Source: Antedon mediterranea
Lineage: Eukaryota; Animalia; Echinodermata
Reading direction: 5' to 3'
Assembly: GCF_964355755.1 (NCBI RefSeq)
Contig: NC_092671.1
Coordinates: forward strand, 34,544,304-34,608,303
DNA: 64,000 nt
Shown: one piece after another, positions 39,301 through 52,300 of the stretch
Numbering within the stretch: position 1 is the first letter of the stretch
How the letters are laid out: every line of letters starts with the position of its first letter
Made by a program: the position numbers and the translations under genes
The notes under the pieces: generated by a model
The model's database searches: none
The model's input: only the letters and a program-made list of their open reading frames with translations
Told to the model about the DNA's origin: nothing

Positions 39301-42300
39301 GCCCATGCAACGATGCAACATAACTACTTACTGCCCAATCCAGTCAACAGCAATTGAATAGGGATTCTGTAAATTATCAATTTCAAGATTTTCTGGAGTA
39401 ATTATCGAGTTGTCGTAATTACGCCCTCTATTGATTGTTTGATAACCGGCATCTATCCAATAAGTAATATCTACAATATAATCGGTAAAAATAAGTTTAT
39501 TTCAGATATCAAATTAATATAGAGACTCACTTACTTTTACAAGAAAATGTAATTACCCAATAAACAAACATATAAAGTAAATCTGAGATATAATAGGTGA
39601 ATAAAGTATTTTAGTTGGCTAGTTATGAATTAAAAACGCATTAAATAAAAAAAGATTCTTCATAACCAAACTTGTCCAAGAATCTATATTTGCAATAGTT
39701 GAATGTAAAAACCTTAGTATATAATAGTATCTCATTTTTCCAGTATAAAACATTATAATATAAGCCATACATATACTATAGGAAATGTAAAGAACGTTAT
39801 GCTTGGGAAGCAGCCCTCCCAACATACACCTACACGTAGTAAACTACCGTGCTAATGTTAGCACACAAAAACGGCCAATAACCTTGCGACTATAACGGTA
39901 TTAAGCAGTGTTGTTTACTCCCTACCATGTTTCCAATACATAAAGGATGAATAAAAAGTTATTTTTTTAAATCATACCCCTTGTACTACAGTAGAAACTG
40001 ATGAGGGACTCTATTCAGGCTGGTCACACCCATATTAAGTGAACAAGACATCATTACTTACTTGTTGTGGTATCATAATCCACTGATTGCAGTTTGGCTT
40101 GGTAACCAATCAGCTGAAAGTATTCATTTTTTTCTGGGTCAAATTGTCTAATTGTGTTTCCATCGCCGTAAACAATCTGTGGTCTTCCACCTAAAATTAT
40201 ATATATATATATATGAATTTTTTAATTACAATATCAGACTTACTTTACTAATTAACCTTAAAAAGATAATAAATTGATGGTATATACATACTGTATTTCA
40301 AATGACTATACAACATTGTCGTTTACAGAAACAAATAAATAAATAGACACAATGATTTATGTAGTCAACCAAAATTAGCACCCTGGGAATTACTTCCGAA
40401 AGAGAAACTTGTCACAAAATAAGTCCAAATTTTTGATTTGGACATTAGAGTCGAGGGTTGGTGATGAGCATAGGTAGAAAGAGGAACATTTTTTTAATAT
40501 ATTCTTTATATTAAATCATTCTTTATATTTCTTTATTATCTACTCAGTAACAAAATATTTTTTGTATAAGGCCTATAAATAATATACCACTAAATAAAGT
40601 AAAACATTTCCGATTTAATTCTTTGTTAAAACTGTCACTGTCGTCATAGTCGATTGAAATACTAAAGTACATGTAACGACCACTACAACGTTTATATTAT
40701 TGGTAATTATTAATTAATACAAACATTGAGACGCAACTGTCAGTAATAAGGTATTGTATTATTATGTGTTTATAATCTAAAAGTAGGGGCTACCCACACT
40801 CACACTAATAAATGTTATTCGTATATCTATTGTTTGTTATTTTTTGTTATATGTGAGACGAAATAAATGAAATGAAATCTAACAGTACCAACACACGCGA
40901 TCAAAAGTGGTTAATACCTATTTACAGTATTGTATAGCATTACAATACTATTTATGTTTATTCTCCAAGGGACCATAAATTTACCTGTGTTAAACCATGG
41001 AGGTATGCAAGCATGGTTTAAAACCAAATAATTTGGAATGTTCTATTCATCGAAAATCAATTCCTTTTTATATACGTATTAAATCTATCAAAATAGTATT
41101 TTTTAAAGAAAATCGGCCTGTCTTCAACATTATGATGCTGTACTCAAGCTGTCCAATCGGTTTTCAGCCATTAAAAACAATTATCGTAGGAGGAGATAGG
41201 AAAATGCAAAGCATCCTCGTATTATTGTATGCGGGTATTTTTCAAGATGGACATGCATTAGACAGTGTATACCACGATCGGAAAACACCCCTATTTGGGG
41301 CAAATCGTTGAACCTAAATTTGTTTTAATTGTCAATAACTAATTATCTAACTCAATTTAATTAGTAAACAGGGTTACATCAGGTGGTTAAAATCAGTACC
41401 GAAAGTATGAACCAACTTTATATACCATCGAGTAAACATTCTAGAAATAACGCATGATTTACCGAATTTTGGCCTTACGTAAATTTATATATAGATAACA
41501 TTTGTAAATGTTCTTATTTATTGTGAACTACACAAGAAACCTGTTTCAGGTCAATATGGAAATTGTGAGCGCAAACCTCGTCAACATTTTCTTTTTGTTT
41601 AACAGGCTTTACACAACTTGTATATACTATATTATTTGATTTGAATTAATTTGGGAAAATTACTATAACAAATACATACAAAGTGATAGCATTAATTCTA
41701 CTGACATTACACAGAAATACATTGATAAAAGATGTTTCAGGAAATAGTCCAAAAAGCTTAGTATAAATCGTTTCAACTTACCATTTGCTTTACAGTCCGG
41801 TTGATTTTTATCTTTATCCGTTTTTCCAGAGTTGGTATAGCCGGGAGCACATGAACAGGTGTAATTTCCTTTTGTGTTGGTGCATTTTTGAAAACATGGA
41901 TTATCAAGACATTCATTATAATCTATAAAAAGAAAAGGAGACTGCATTAATGTTGACATTGATATGACAACAGTCGCGCATCACTGAACCCTAGTCAAAA
42001 TTACCCTACGGATTGACTAGATAGACTAATATAAAGTCATGCATCGTTACACAATGCCTTACAGCTCTTAATATAGGGTTACAGGAAATGAATGATCAAT
42101 CACATTAATTCACTCCCTGTACGCCCTATTTACCCTGAATTGAAAGCACTACAGCTACTCTATCTAAAACCTCCCTAGGTGATTATCAATCAGATTTGAC
42201 TACAATCACATTCCAATTTCACATTTTACTTGGAGACAATCAATCAAAAAAGGATCGATATTATAAAATAATCATACTCTTAAAATTAGGTTAATAGGCC

Positions 42301-43366
42301 ATTTCTTTTTATTATAGTCAAAATACTAATAATACAGATCGGGGAAGGACCTAGAATAGAGCACTAATATATAATATTAATAGTCAGTCAAAAATTAATA
42401 TCAAAAAGTAGTTTTTTTTTTCCTAGATCTGCTCCTGAAGATTAAGGTGAGGTTGTGTATCAGTTATGGTATCAAAGAGTTTCACTGCCTCATCTTTCAG
42501 ATAGAAGGTAAAGTCATTGGTCATGTGTACACTGCACATGTGCACAATAAAGAATTTGTTACACTATTTATTTGAAAAGAGAGATTGTGTGCTAATGAGG
42601 AGTGTGCTAATGAGGAGTGTGTACCACAGGGTGCTTTGGTTAACAGTCTTGTACTGAAGAGGTTATCACAAAGAATAAAGAAATTGTTTAAGTAAAGATG
42701 TATTGACCCCCCAAAAACATGAAAAATGAAGATTGATAAAAAGACTTGGAGTAGGCCATTTCACAATTTAAAAAAAACTAAATAAATGGTTAAATTCAAC
42801 TTCCAGTCAATTTAAAAATTGTTTGCTTTAAATTATAGTTTTTTTCAGGTAAATAATTTTTTGTTGATCCAATTTTTGGTCAAAGTGAATAAACTATTAT
42901 GTAACATTAATGGCATATTCAACAAAAACATTAAACAAAATTATTTTTTCAAGAGGACAATATCATTCATTAATAATAAATATTCTTACCTTCGCATGAT
43001 TTTCCATCAGTTTGAGATACAATGTAACCATCATTGCAAGTGCAAGCATAGCCTCGATCTAGATCAACACACACTTGTTCACATTTAGCATTACCATCTG
43101 AATCACAATTACCATTTGCTAAATACAAATAATATTGTATATTATAACACCTAAATAAAGTGGAGCTGTAGCTTGGTGGTTTACGTGCTTGCCTTCCAAT
43201 CCCCAGGTCCCGGGTTCAATCCTGACCTAGTGCAGGGTTGTAACTCATGACTCTTTCAACTCCACTCCCTAAGCCTCAAATGAGACTTAGTTTATAAGCA
43301 CGATAAATTATTAAATAGTTTATCCATCCTGTAATTGGCGAGTTACTCGCTGTTGAATGAGTATGA

Positions 43367-43399
<33 letters not shown>

Positions 43400-46300
43400 C
43401 CTGTCATTTGATTGGACAAGGGTGGGTCACATGGCGTGCAATAGTACCCACTATTGAAACCTTTTTGTGTACAAAAAAAAAACCTTTTGCGGATAAAAAA
43501 AAATCTAGTGTATAAATTACTGTGAAATACAGAAACCTGTTGCCTTGCCTGTTTTTTTTTGGAAACACCAATATGCAGAAGCAGATTTTTGTGTACGATT
43601 TGAAATATAACCTTTCATCATTCACCTCATGCCATTATTTGTACTATTACACTCATAAACATTATTTGTATAATACTGTATATTATATATTATATTTTAT
43701 AAATAAACTTTGAACAAGCACTAAGAATGAATGTATGTGAAATTTGCTTTCTGTACACTACATATCATAACATATTACACATATTTAAAAAAAACTAATA
43801 AATATATTTGTTTTTACTAATAAAAATATATAAATAAAAAATAAAATAAAAATTGAGATAACTGGAGTTAGAACATATTTTTTATAAATTTTTAATAAAA
43901 ACAATAATGCTAACACTACCAATATAAAAAATGTTCATATTCATCCCCATTTTTATTGTAATAGTAGAATGAGTTTAACCAAAATAAATAATATTGATAG
44001 AGGGCTCTATATAAATTAAAATCTATATAATAATTTATTGTTACCATCTAAATAAACAAACAGGACATTTCTTGGAAAATAATTTAAAAGTAGAGACAAA
44101 TAGTAAACAGGATTAACAAAAATAAAACTTAATTACAACCAACCATATAAAAACTAGATTTACAAGTATACATTACAACCATCTATGACCAACTACACAA
44201 AAACCATATTAGATGTGTTCACACATGTTAAACATGCATAGAATGAAGTTAAGCTGATCCAAATCTTATTCAAGTGCTTGTGTGATCAGTTAACTCTCTA
44301 TTTTTAAGAATGTTAACTCCGATAGGTTTCAGAATGTAACATTAAAAATAGAAATAACTTCACACCAGATGACAACAGGAGAATATTAAATGTAATTTTG
44401 GGGTTTGAATTTGAAAGCAGAACAGTGATAGAACTCTGATAGACATAGCTTAAGCTGGTTTAAGTTACCCTACAACAGACTTACCACATCCTTGCTCATC
44501 AGACATGTCTGGACAGTTGATTACACCATTACATACTTGAGTCAGTGGAATACAATCTTTATTTGCACATTTAAACTCACTTTCTGTGCAAATTGCTACG
44601 GGACCTACAAAAAATTCAAGGTTTGTATATATTTTTTTTAAACAATCGCCTACATCACATTCAAATTGTGTTTATGCTCAAAAGGAAGAGAGAGTCACCC
44701 AAACCAACTGAAGTCTTTCAAGGTGTGTTTCAAAATGCAATAGTAAATCTTCTCCTCCTAATGTGGTGTGGTGGTTAAAAAAACACATTCCCATCATATA
44801 TTCACAGGATTTTGTTTAGGCACACTCTTATGAGTCTAATTTTTTTGGTCTCAGCAATTTTTTGGGGTCTAGGCTTTGTATTTTGTAATTTGTACATACC
44901 AAATGGTATTCTACAGGACTCATTTACATTGATCCTTAATAATCCTGCATCCATACAGATCACAGAATAAACAAATTTATATTAGAATATCTCTCTAAAA
45001 TCCCAACTTACTACATATATCATGGTCATTTTCATCACTACTATTGGGGCAATCTACAATTCCATCACATTGCTTTCTTTTTGATAGACATGCTGAACTG
45101 GATCCATCACATCTGAAAGATTCATCTTCATTGCAGTCAACATTTACTAAAAATAAAAGAATAATAAGAAATTATGGATATCAAAATGTAGAAGCAAAAC
45201 TTTCTATTACAGCTTGATAGTTAAAGACCCCTTCCCTGCAATTTTGGACGTTTTTTGGAAAATAATACATATATATCACTTTAAAAACATTAAACCATGT
45301 CATTCCTTGTCTTAAATGTACGTTTTATGGTAAATTATGATAAAAAGTGAGAAACAATGCACTACCTAAGTAGCTCGCGGCGATCGACCTCTCGTGGACG
45401 GTCTTAGGCCTAGCCTAGCTAGGCTTAGTTTTGTAGGCCTAGCTGGTAAACATCGATAACGTACGAACATCGTACGCTAGCTATATACCTAGCCTGACGT
45501 TGTATAGTTGCTGCATTAATTGTCTTTCTATTTTTGCCAGACTCCGTTGATACAAATTGGGGAAAACCCGGTATTTTCGCTGAAAAGTTAGGAGTCTTCC
45601 ATTTGTTTTGGCTTCACGATCGATCGAAAAGTGGGCGAATTACAGGTGAAAAACAAAAATATCAATCCGCGCGCAATGCATTTTGGGATTTATAGCGGGC
45701 CGCTATAATTATTAGAATCGATTTATTTTTCACATTTTTAACCGTTTAAAGACGAAAAAAGTTATCGCAATAGGACCATATAGTATTATTTTTACATTAA
45801 ATATAGTTTGTGATCTTAAATTAGATCTAAAAAACGTAGGGAATGGGGCTTTAATAGGGTTAATCTTAGATCTTAATACACGAGCTCCTTTTTCTGAAAT
45901 ATCCTTATCAAACTAGAAACTGCAGAAGTGATGGTACAAGCCTAACAAGTCTATACAAATCCTGCTACGAGTTTGATTGACTTATTGATCAAAAGCAGCT
46001 CATGATAGGGGAGACTGCCTACAACCCATTGATCAAGAGCAGCTCATGATAGGGGAGGCTGCTTACAATCCATTGATCAAGAGCAGCTCATGATAGGGAA
46101 GACTGCTTACAATCCATTGATCAAAAGCAGCTCATGATAGGGGAGACTGCTTACAACCCATTGCTCAAGAGCAGCTCATGATAGGGAAGACTGCTTACAA
46201 TCCATTGATCAAAAGCAGCTCATGATAGGGGAGACTGCTTACAATCCATTGATCAAGAGCAGCTCATGATAGGGAAGACTGTTAAAACCAACTGATCAAG

Positions 46301-49300
46301 AGCATCTCATGATAGGGAGACCCCCTTACAACCCATTGATCAAGAGCAGCTCATGATAGAGACATGTGTGTAAACTTACAGCAGGCCTCACTGGATTCAT
46401 CACTGCCATCTGTACAGTCGTCCTCTCCATCACAAACCCATTCACTAAAAGTACAGAGCTTATTGGCACAGGTGAATTCTGTTGTCAGACAATAATGGCC
46501 ACCTGGATACCGTGTTGCTATCATAAACAAAAATTACAATTTGTTAATATATAAAGATTATATTTTCTAATTTTAATACAAAATAAACACAAATTATAGA
46601 TAATTCTAAAGAAAAATATAATAATTGTACTTACAAGAATGTAAATGAAGCAGTTATAAATAAAGATTCAAAATGTTTATATAATTAAATGATGTATGTA
46701 AAGAGTGAAACAGGGTTGAAAAATTAACTTAAATTTATTTTTAAACCTATGTTTGATATCTAAAAAAACGAAAGGTAAATTCAACAATTTTGTAACAAAC
46801 CAAAAAATATGGTGTCAACTTTGACATAAAACGACAAAACTTTTTTATATAGCTACAGTTGCTATGTAATGGTGGTTACCTTGCTTATTAATTCAAGTGT
46901 CCTGAGTTAAAATGTTGCCTTTTTATGGCCCAACGGTTGTATTGGCCCTTATATAGTGTAATGTATTTGCCATTATATTTATGTTTAAAGATTTTTATAA
47001 CTTACGACAATTTATTTCATCAGATATGTCTTGACAGTCAGGATCTCCATCGCACTGATAGTCTTTTGAAATACAATGTCCACTAGTACACTGAAACTGG
47101 TCAAAATTGCATGACCGATCAACTGTAGATAGAACAAACATTAACATTAGTATTATTATGATAACCACTGTCAAGAAAAATATGGATTTTTTTTGTACAT
47201 TTGTCAGTTCGGTATACATTTTTTTAAATTTAATATTTATTTATACTGGGTGACCTCTTCCGTCTTTGACTGGTCTCCCAGAGAGCCTAGTTATGATCAG
47301 TGACTGTGAGTGACTGTGTGTGTACTAGCACACCAGGGTAACTTTTTACTCATCTCTAAAGATGTACTAGATTCCTTAAAGTGCACATGAGATAGATGTG
47401 TACACTGGACCTACGGTTTATAATCCTTATCCGAGAAGATTTGTTCTACCACCACCATGGAACGAGTGAGCCTCGAATCCTACGTAATTACGGTCCGACT
47501 GTCTAAACTGCTTGGCCACTCACTCGAGCAAAAAACATTCCACATCAATTTGCTTCACCATAGTTTTTGTAACTCTTCTACAGATCTTGATATATACACA
47601 CTTCTTTTTGTTCTGGAATATCGTAATTACTTCGTAATTACGGTTCCACTGTCTTAACCGCTCGGCCACTCACTCGCTCTATTATTATGATATATGATTA
47701 TCAATACTTACGACAAGCGTATTCATCTGAATTGTCGCCACAATCATCTTCATGATCACAGACCCATTTACTTGGAATGCATGTGCTCGTGCCAACACAT
47801 GTAAATTCACTTTCAGAACATTCGCGAGGCGCTAAATAAAACAAATATTAATAATTTAGTATTTAACCTGGAAAACAAGGTAATTCCCAAATGATTTTAA
47901 AAATCATAGGATAGAGTTCTAACAAGTTTGAATCAAAGAGAGAAACATGAGCTCATTTGTCCCTTTGTGATGAGCTAGCAACATCAACGAGACAATTAAG
48001 TTAATAACCAAATTCAAATGTTAAAGGTAAATGCAATCCAATTCAATTATTTTCCCTAAAGACATATAATACAAAATACACATTTAATACAAAAATGTTG
48101 GAAAAATCGGTCAGTCTGCCGGATTGTAGAAAAGTGATCAAATCACTATGTATGTATATGTATGTACTCTCCTTCTGAAGCAGAACAATTTAAAAAACAA
48201 TTTAATAATTTTAAAAAGGGGGCAGGGAATTACAAAAAAAACATAAAACCTGTGACTTGGAAAGGTAATGCAACAGGGGAATGAAATAAAAATAGAGTGG
48301 AAAGCTAATTTATTATTTCTACGAGAAACTGGACTACTTACCACAACCAACTTCATCTTCACCATTGTCACAGTCCTCCTCGCCATCACACTGCCAGCGT
48401 AGAGGTATACAAGAGGAATCACTACATTGGAACTCGCCTACACCATCACACTGTTGGTTACCTAATTTAAAATAAACAGTAATCAAACGTAAGTACAGTA
48501 AATTGATAAATGTACAGTATACTATATAGAAACACCAAATTGGCGTTCAGTTTAATTTTCAGATTTAAATCATCCCACAACGTGGCTCAACACCATCATA
48601 TGTTTAAAGGTGTGGACAGTTAAAGTTTTGAAATTAGATTAATGTAGAGACGCATATGGACTAGCAAAATGGCACATTATGTGAAGTATATAGCTAACTG
48701 AAGCAATAAGAAGAAGACTGATATTTGCAGGACACTATCTTCATTAATAAAGAAGAAATTATTTTAGATGTTCAGCTGTGGCAGCCAAAACATGGGCTTG
48801 CAAAACAAGAAAGGCCAGCACTCACATACATGTATGTAATAGAGACGGATACTGGTATGCAGAGAGATGAACTGGCTGTCACAATGGCAGATAGGAAATT
48901 ATGGAGGAATTTTGTAATATGTGTTTGGGTATGTTCTGGACTAAAGTAAGTAAATATAGCTACAGTAACTAGCCTAGCAAAGCTAGCAAGAATAACAAAC
49001 TAAACCTGGAGTGTTTCAGCGCCTGTCTGACTAGCATTATTTTTTTCCTATGAGGTTAAGGCAGAAATCATGAATTACCTAATGCATTATTTTCTGTGAT
49101 AAAGAATTGCAAGATAGCTGATCTACTTCCTAAATATACTAAACCTAAACCTCTAAATAACCTTGATTATCGAATAAAAATGTGTTAAGGTTAGGTTGTT
49201 GACTTACTACAATAATCTGGGTTTTCATCACTGTTATCTCTGCAGTTGTCATAACCATTGCAGAAAGCATATGAAGGTATGCATCGGTAGTTAGTGGTAC

Positions 49301-52300
49301 ATGGCTGCCATCCCGGTTGACAAGTTGCAGACTCTGCAAACAAGAAAATTAATCAAGAAATCCATTTTAATTATACAAAAAGATATTTTGTAGCTGATAT
49401 TATTTGATATGGTTTCAACATTTAGCATTTAGATTTTTATATTAATTATTCAGTCTGAAGATCAAATTAAAACATTCAAGAATAAAAACAAAGTTATTTC
49501 TACTGTGGTATATTTCCTAATGTGTATCCTTTTTTATCTTAATCATATGGAAAATTTGTCCTCTCATAACAAGAAATAGTGTTTTCCGAAAATGTTACAC
49601 TTTTCTTTTGCTGTTATACATTGATGGTTTTATTTTTTATTTTTCATTTCTCCATTGAAATACAGTCAATGATACACACAACATTATCATTTTTCTTGCC
49701 TTTGGAATAATACAAATAATACATTTTGAGATCAAATTATATTAATATAGGTTTAATATGGCCTTGGCATCTCTGTGTATTATTTTAAAATGAATTGTCA
49801 CACTTACGACAAGTACTGTGCGGTTCATCACTTCGGTCGCCACAATCATCATCAAGATCACAAACCCAAGAGTCAGGAATGCAGAAGCCATTATCACATG
49901 TAAAATATCCATCTTGACATTCTCGACCTAACAGACATTTTTTTTATTAATAAAAATAATAATTATATTGACAATACCAAAGATGAGGAAAGCTGTGAGA
50001 GTGAAAATGTTTCCACTAACTGAGATTTAAACAATTTTAGTTTATACCACATACATAGATTCCAGTGGTCGTATTCACCATTCAAGCTTAGGTTAAAAGA
50101 AACACTAATTTAAAAAAATCTCCTATCTAAATCAATACAATTTAAGGGAAATGCTTAAATATTTATTGAGTTAAGTGAAATACTTAATATTTAGGGTAAA
50201 TATATCACTTAAGTGTGATTGGTGAATATCCGACCACTGATTGTTCAAAAAGCATATTTATCTCCAGTAAAAAATTCCCTATTTTCTAGGCATATAAAAG
50301 AATTAACTGGTTACACTATGGACGAAAACAGTACTGCTTACAATTATACTGTGTATGACAGAAAAAAATTAGGGGGTGAGATTTATAATTGATTGCATGG
50401 ATAGATTTACCTAAATCTTGTAACTAAATGCCGCATAAATTAGGGTGTAGAAGTATATCCAAGTATGGGATATAGTGGAATTTTTCACAATACATTACAT
50501 TAACAACAAATTAACAACTCACCCATACAAACTGAAGAAGCCTCATCTGATCCATCGGTACAATCATTAGTCTGATCACAAACATTCCTCTGTTCAATGC
50601 AATTACCTGTGCTACATCTGAACTCCCACGGACTACATTCAGATGCATCTACAAATATAAACAATGACATTTAAACTAGATGAAGATGTTTTAATGTATG
50701 GAAGCTCTGATGAGCCGGATGGACATAAATAGAAGACAAAAAAGGGGTACTGTGGATATATTTCTTGATATTTTTTTGCATGTAATGCCAAACAGTGACA
50801 AATACAAAAATGGGGCTGATCTTAATCGAAAGTCCTATCTTTTGTATTATAATTTCCAAAGTTTAGGGGGGGGGGGGGGGCAGGCTAGCTTGGTATGCCT
50901 ATGCCAAAAAATCCCTAAAAGAGTGTTTATTGACTAGAACCTTATCAGGATGATCAGTTTAGCTTTATAATATTCCGCTGCATCTTTTTATTAGTTATCT
51001 TTAAGAAATTTTATGAGCTGTTTTTGTGTGCAAAGCGCTTAGAAACCTTGTATTATGCACTATAAAAGACAACCATTAGTATTATCTTACCACAGCCAGT
51101 TTCATCGCTACCGTCTGTACAGTCATCCTCTCCATCACAAACATACGTGGGATAAGTGCATTCTTTATTGGTGCAGGTGTACAGACCAGGAGAGCAGGAA
51201 GGCGGTGCTGAAAACAAAAAGAAAAACTTGAATATTAAAACTAATCACTGGCTATAACCCAGGGGCCTCTGAGTGTCCCTAGCACAAGTTTAAAAAAAAA
51301 TAATAATAATAATCAATTTGTCAACTGATCTAGTGAGTTAAAAACTTACGACATGTGGACGGCTCGTCTGATCCGTCATTGCAGTCTCGCTCACCATCGC
51401 ACTTCCAGTAGCTGGGTATACATTTTGTGGCATCATTGCAATGGAATTGTTGGTTTGTACAATTTTCAAGACAGGTTTTTCCATCATCTTTCAGTACAAA
51501 GTTATCTGGACAAGCACATGTGAAACTCGTAGCTCCATTAATGCCATCAGCAGAAATCAAACACAGATGAGTGCATCCACCATTATTATTACCACAGGGA
51601 TTAATTATACCTACAAATAAAATTACGGTTAGCAGAGACATTGGGTGAGTGAGCACGTACAACTTTTTTGCTCTCGATTTTCACCTTTCAAAGAGACATT
51701 TATCTTTGTTTTTTCCCGATTGTATCATTATCATCGTAAATAGAATCTAGGACTTATCATGTAAACTTTTAAAGATGATGGTCAATGCTCTGTCGGTGTA
51801 AATAAGCAGTGAGTATTTTACCCCCATGATACCGCATCTATTGCCATTGGCTCGCCGTTGAAAGCGCTGCAAGGTTAACTATTACTGTGCTAGCCATATG
51901 CAAATTAAAATCCTTCAATAAGGTTTCCAAACATCTGCGTCACTTATGCAAATTAGTAAATTTGTTCGAAATTACCAGCTGTGATTGTGACCTGATATGT
52001 AAAACAGTGGTGGTACTGTAAAAAAGCAAGTGTAATCATGGCCCCGAAGTTAGATGTTGATAAGCTGAAGAAAGACTTGCTTCAGGAGCTGACTACTTCT
52101 ATTACTGAGACATTAAACAAAGCATTTGATAAACTGCAGGAGCAAATCAGTAATATTGAAACCAGATTGGACTATTTAGAACAATATTCACGTCGTAATA
52201 ACCTTAGATTCTACGGTTTACAGGACTCGACAAAGTCAACTGATGATTTGGTGGCGGAGGTTATTCGCGACAAAATGGGTATCACTTTCAAGTCCGACGA

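Noticed and set aside
39978-40061. Extension of the 40190 exon to a donor at 39977
   Set aside because: An in-frame TAA is met first; the GTAAGT donor at 40061 gives the phase needed by the next exon.
43159-43235. Possible tRNA-Gly gene
   Set aside because: Has A/B boxes but no proper acceptor stem, continues into a body and poly(A), and has diverged copies elsewhere; it is a SINE head.
45985-46360. CRISPR-like regular repeats (also 59090-59370)
   Set aside because: Units are head-to-tail without unique spacers, lie in eukaryotic introns, and no cas genes are present.
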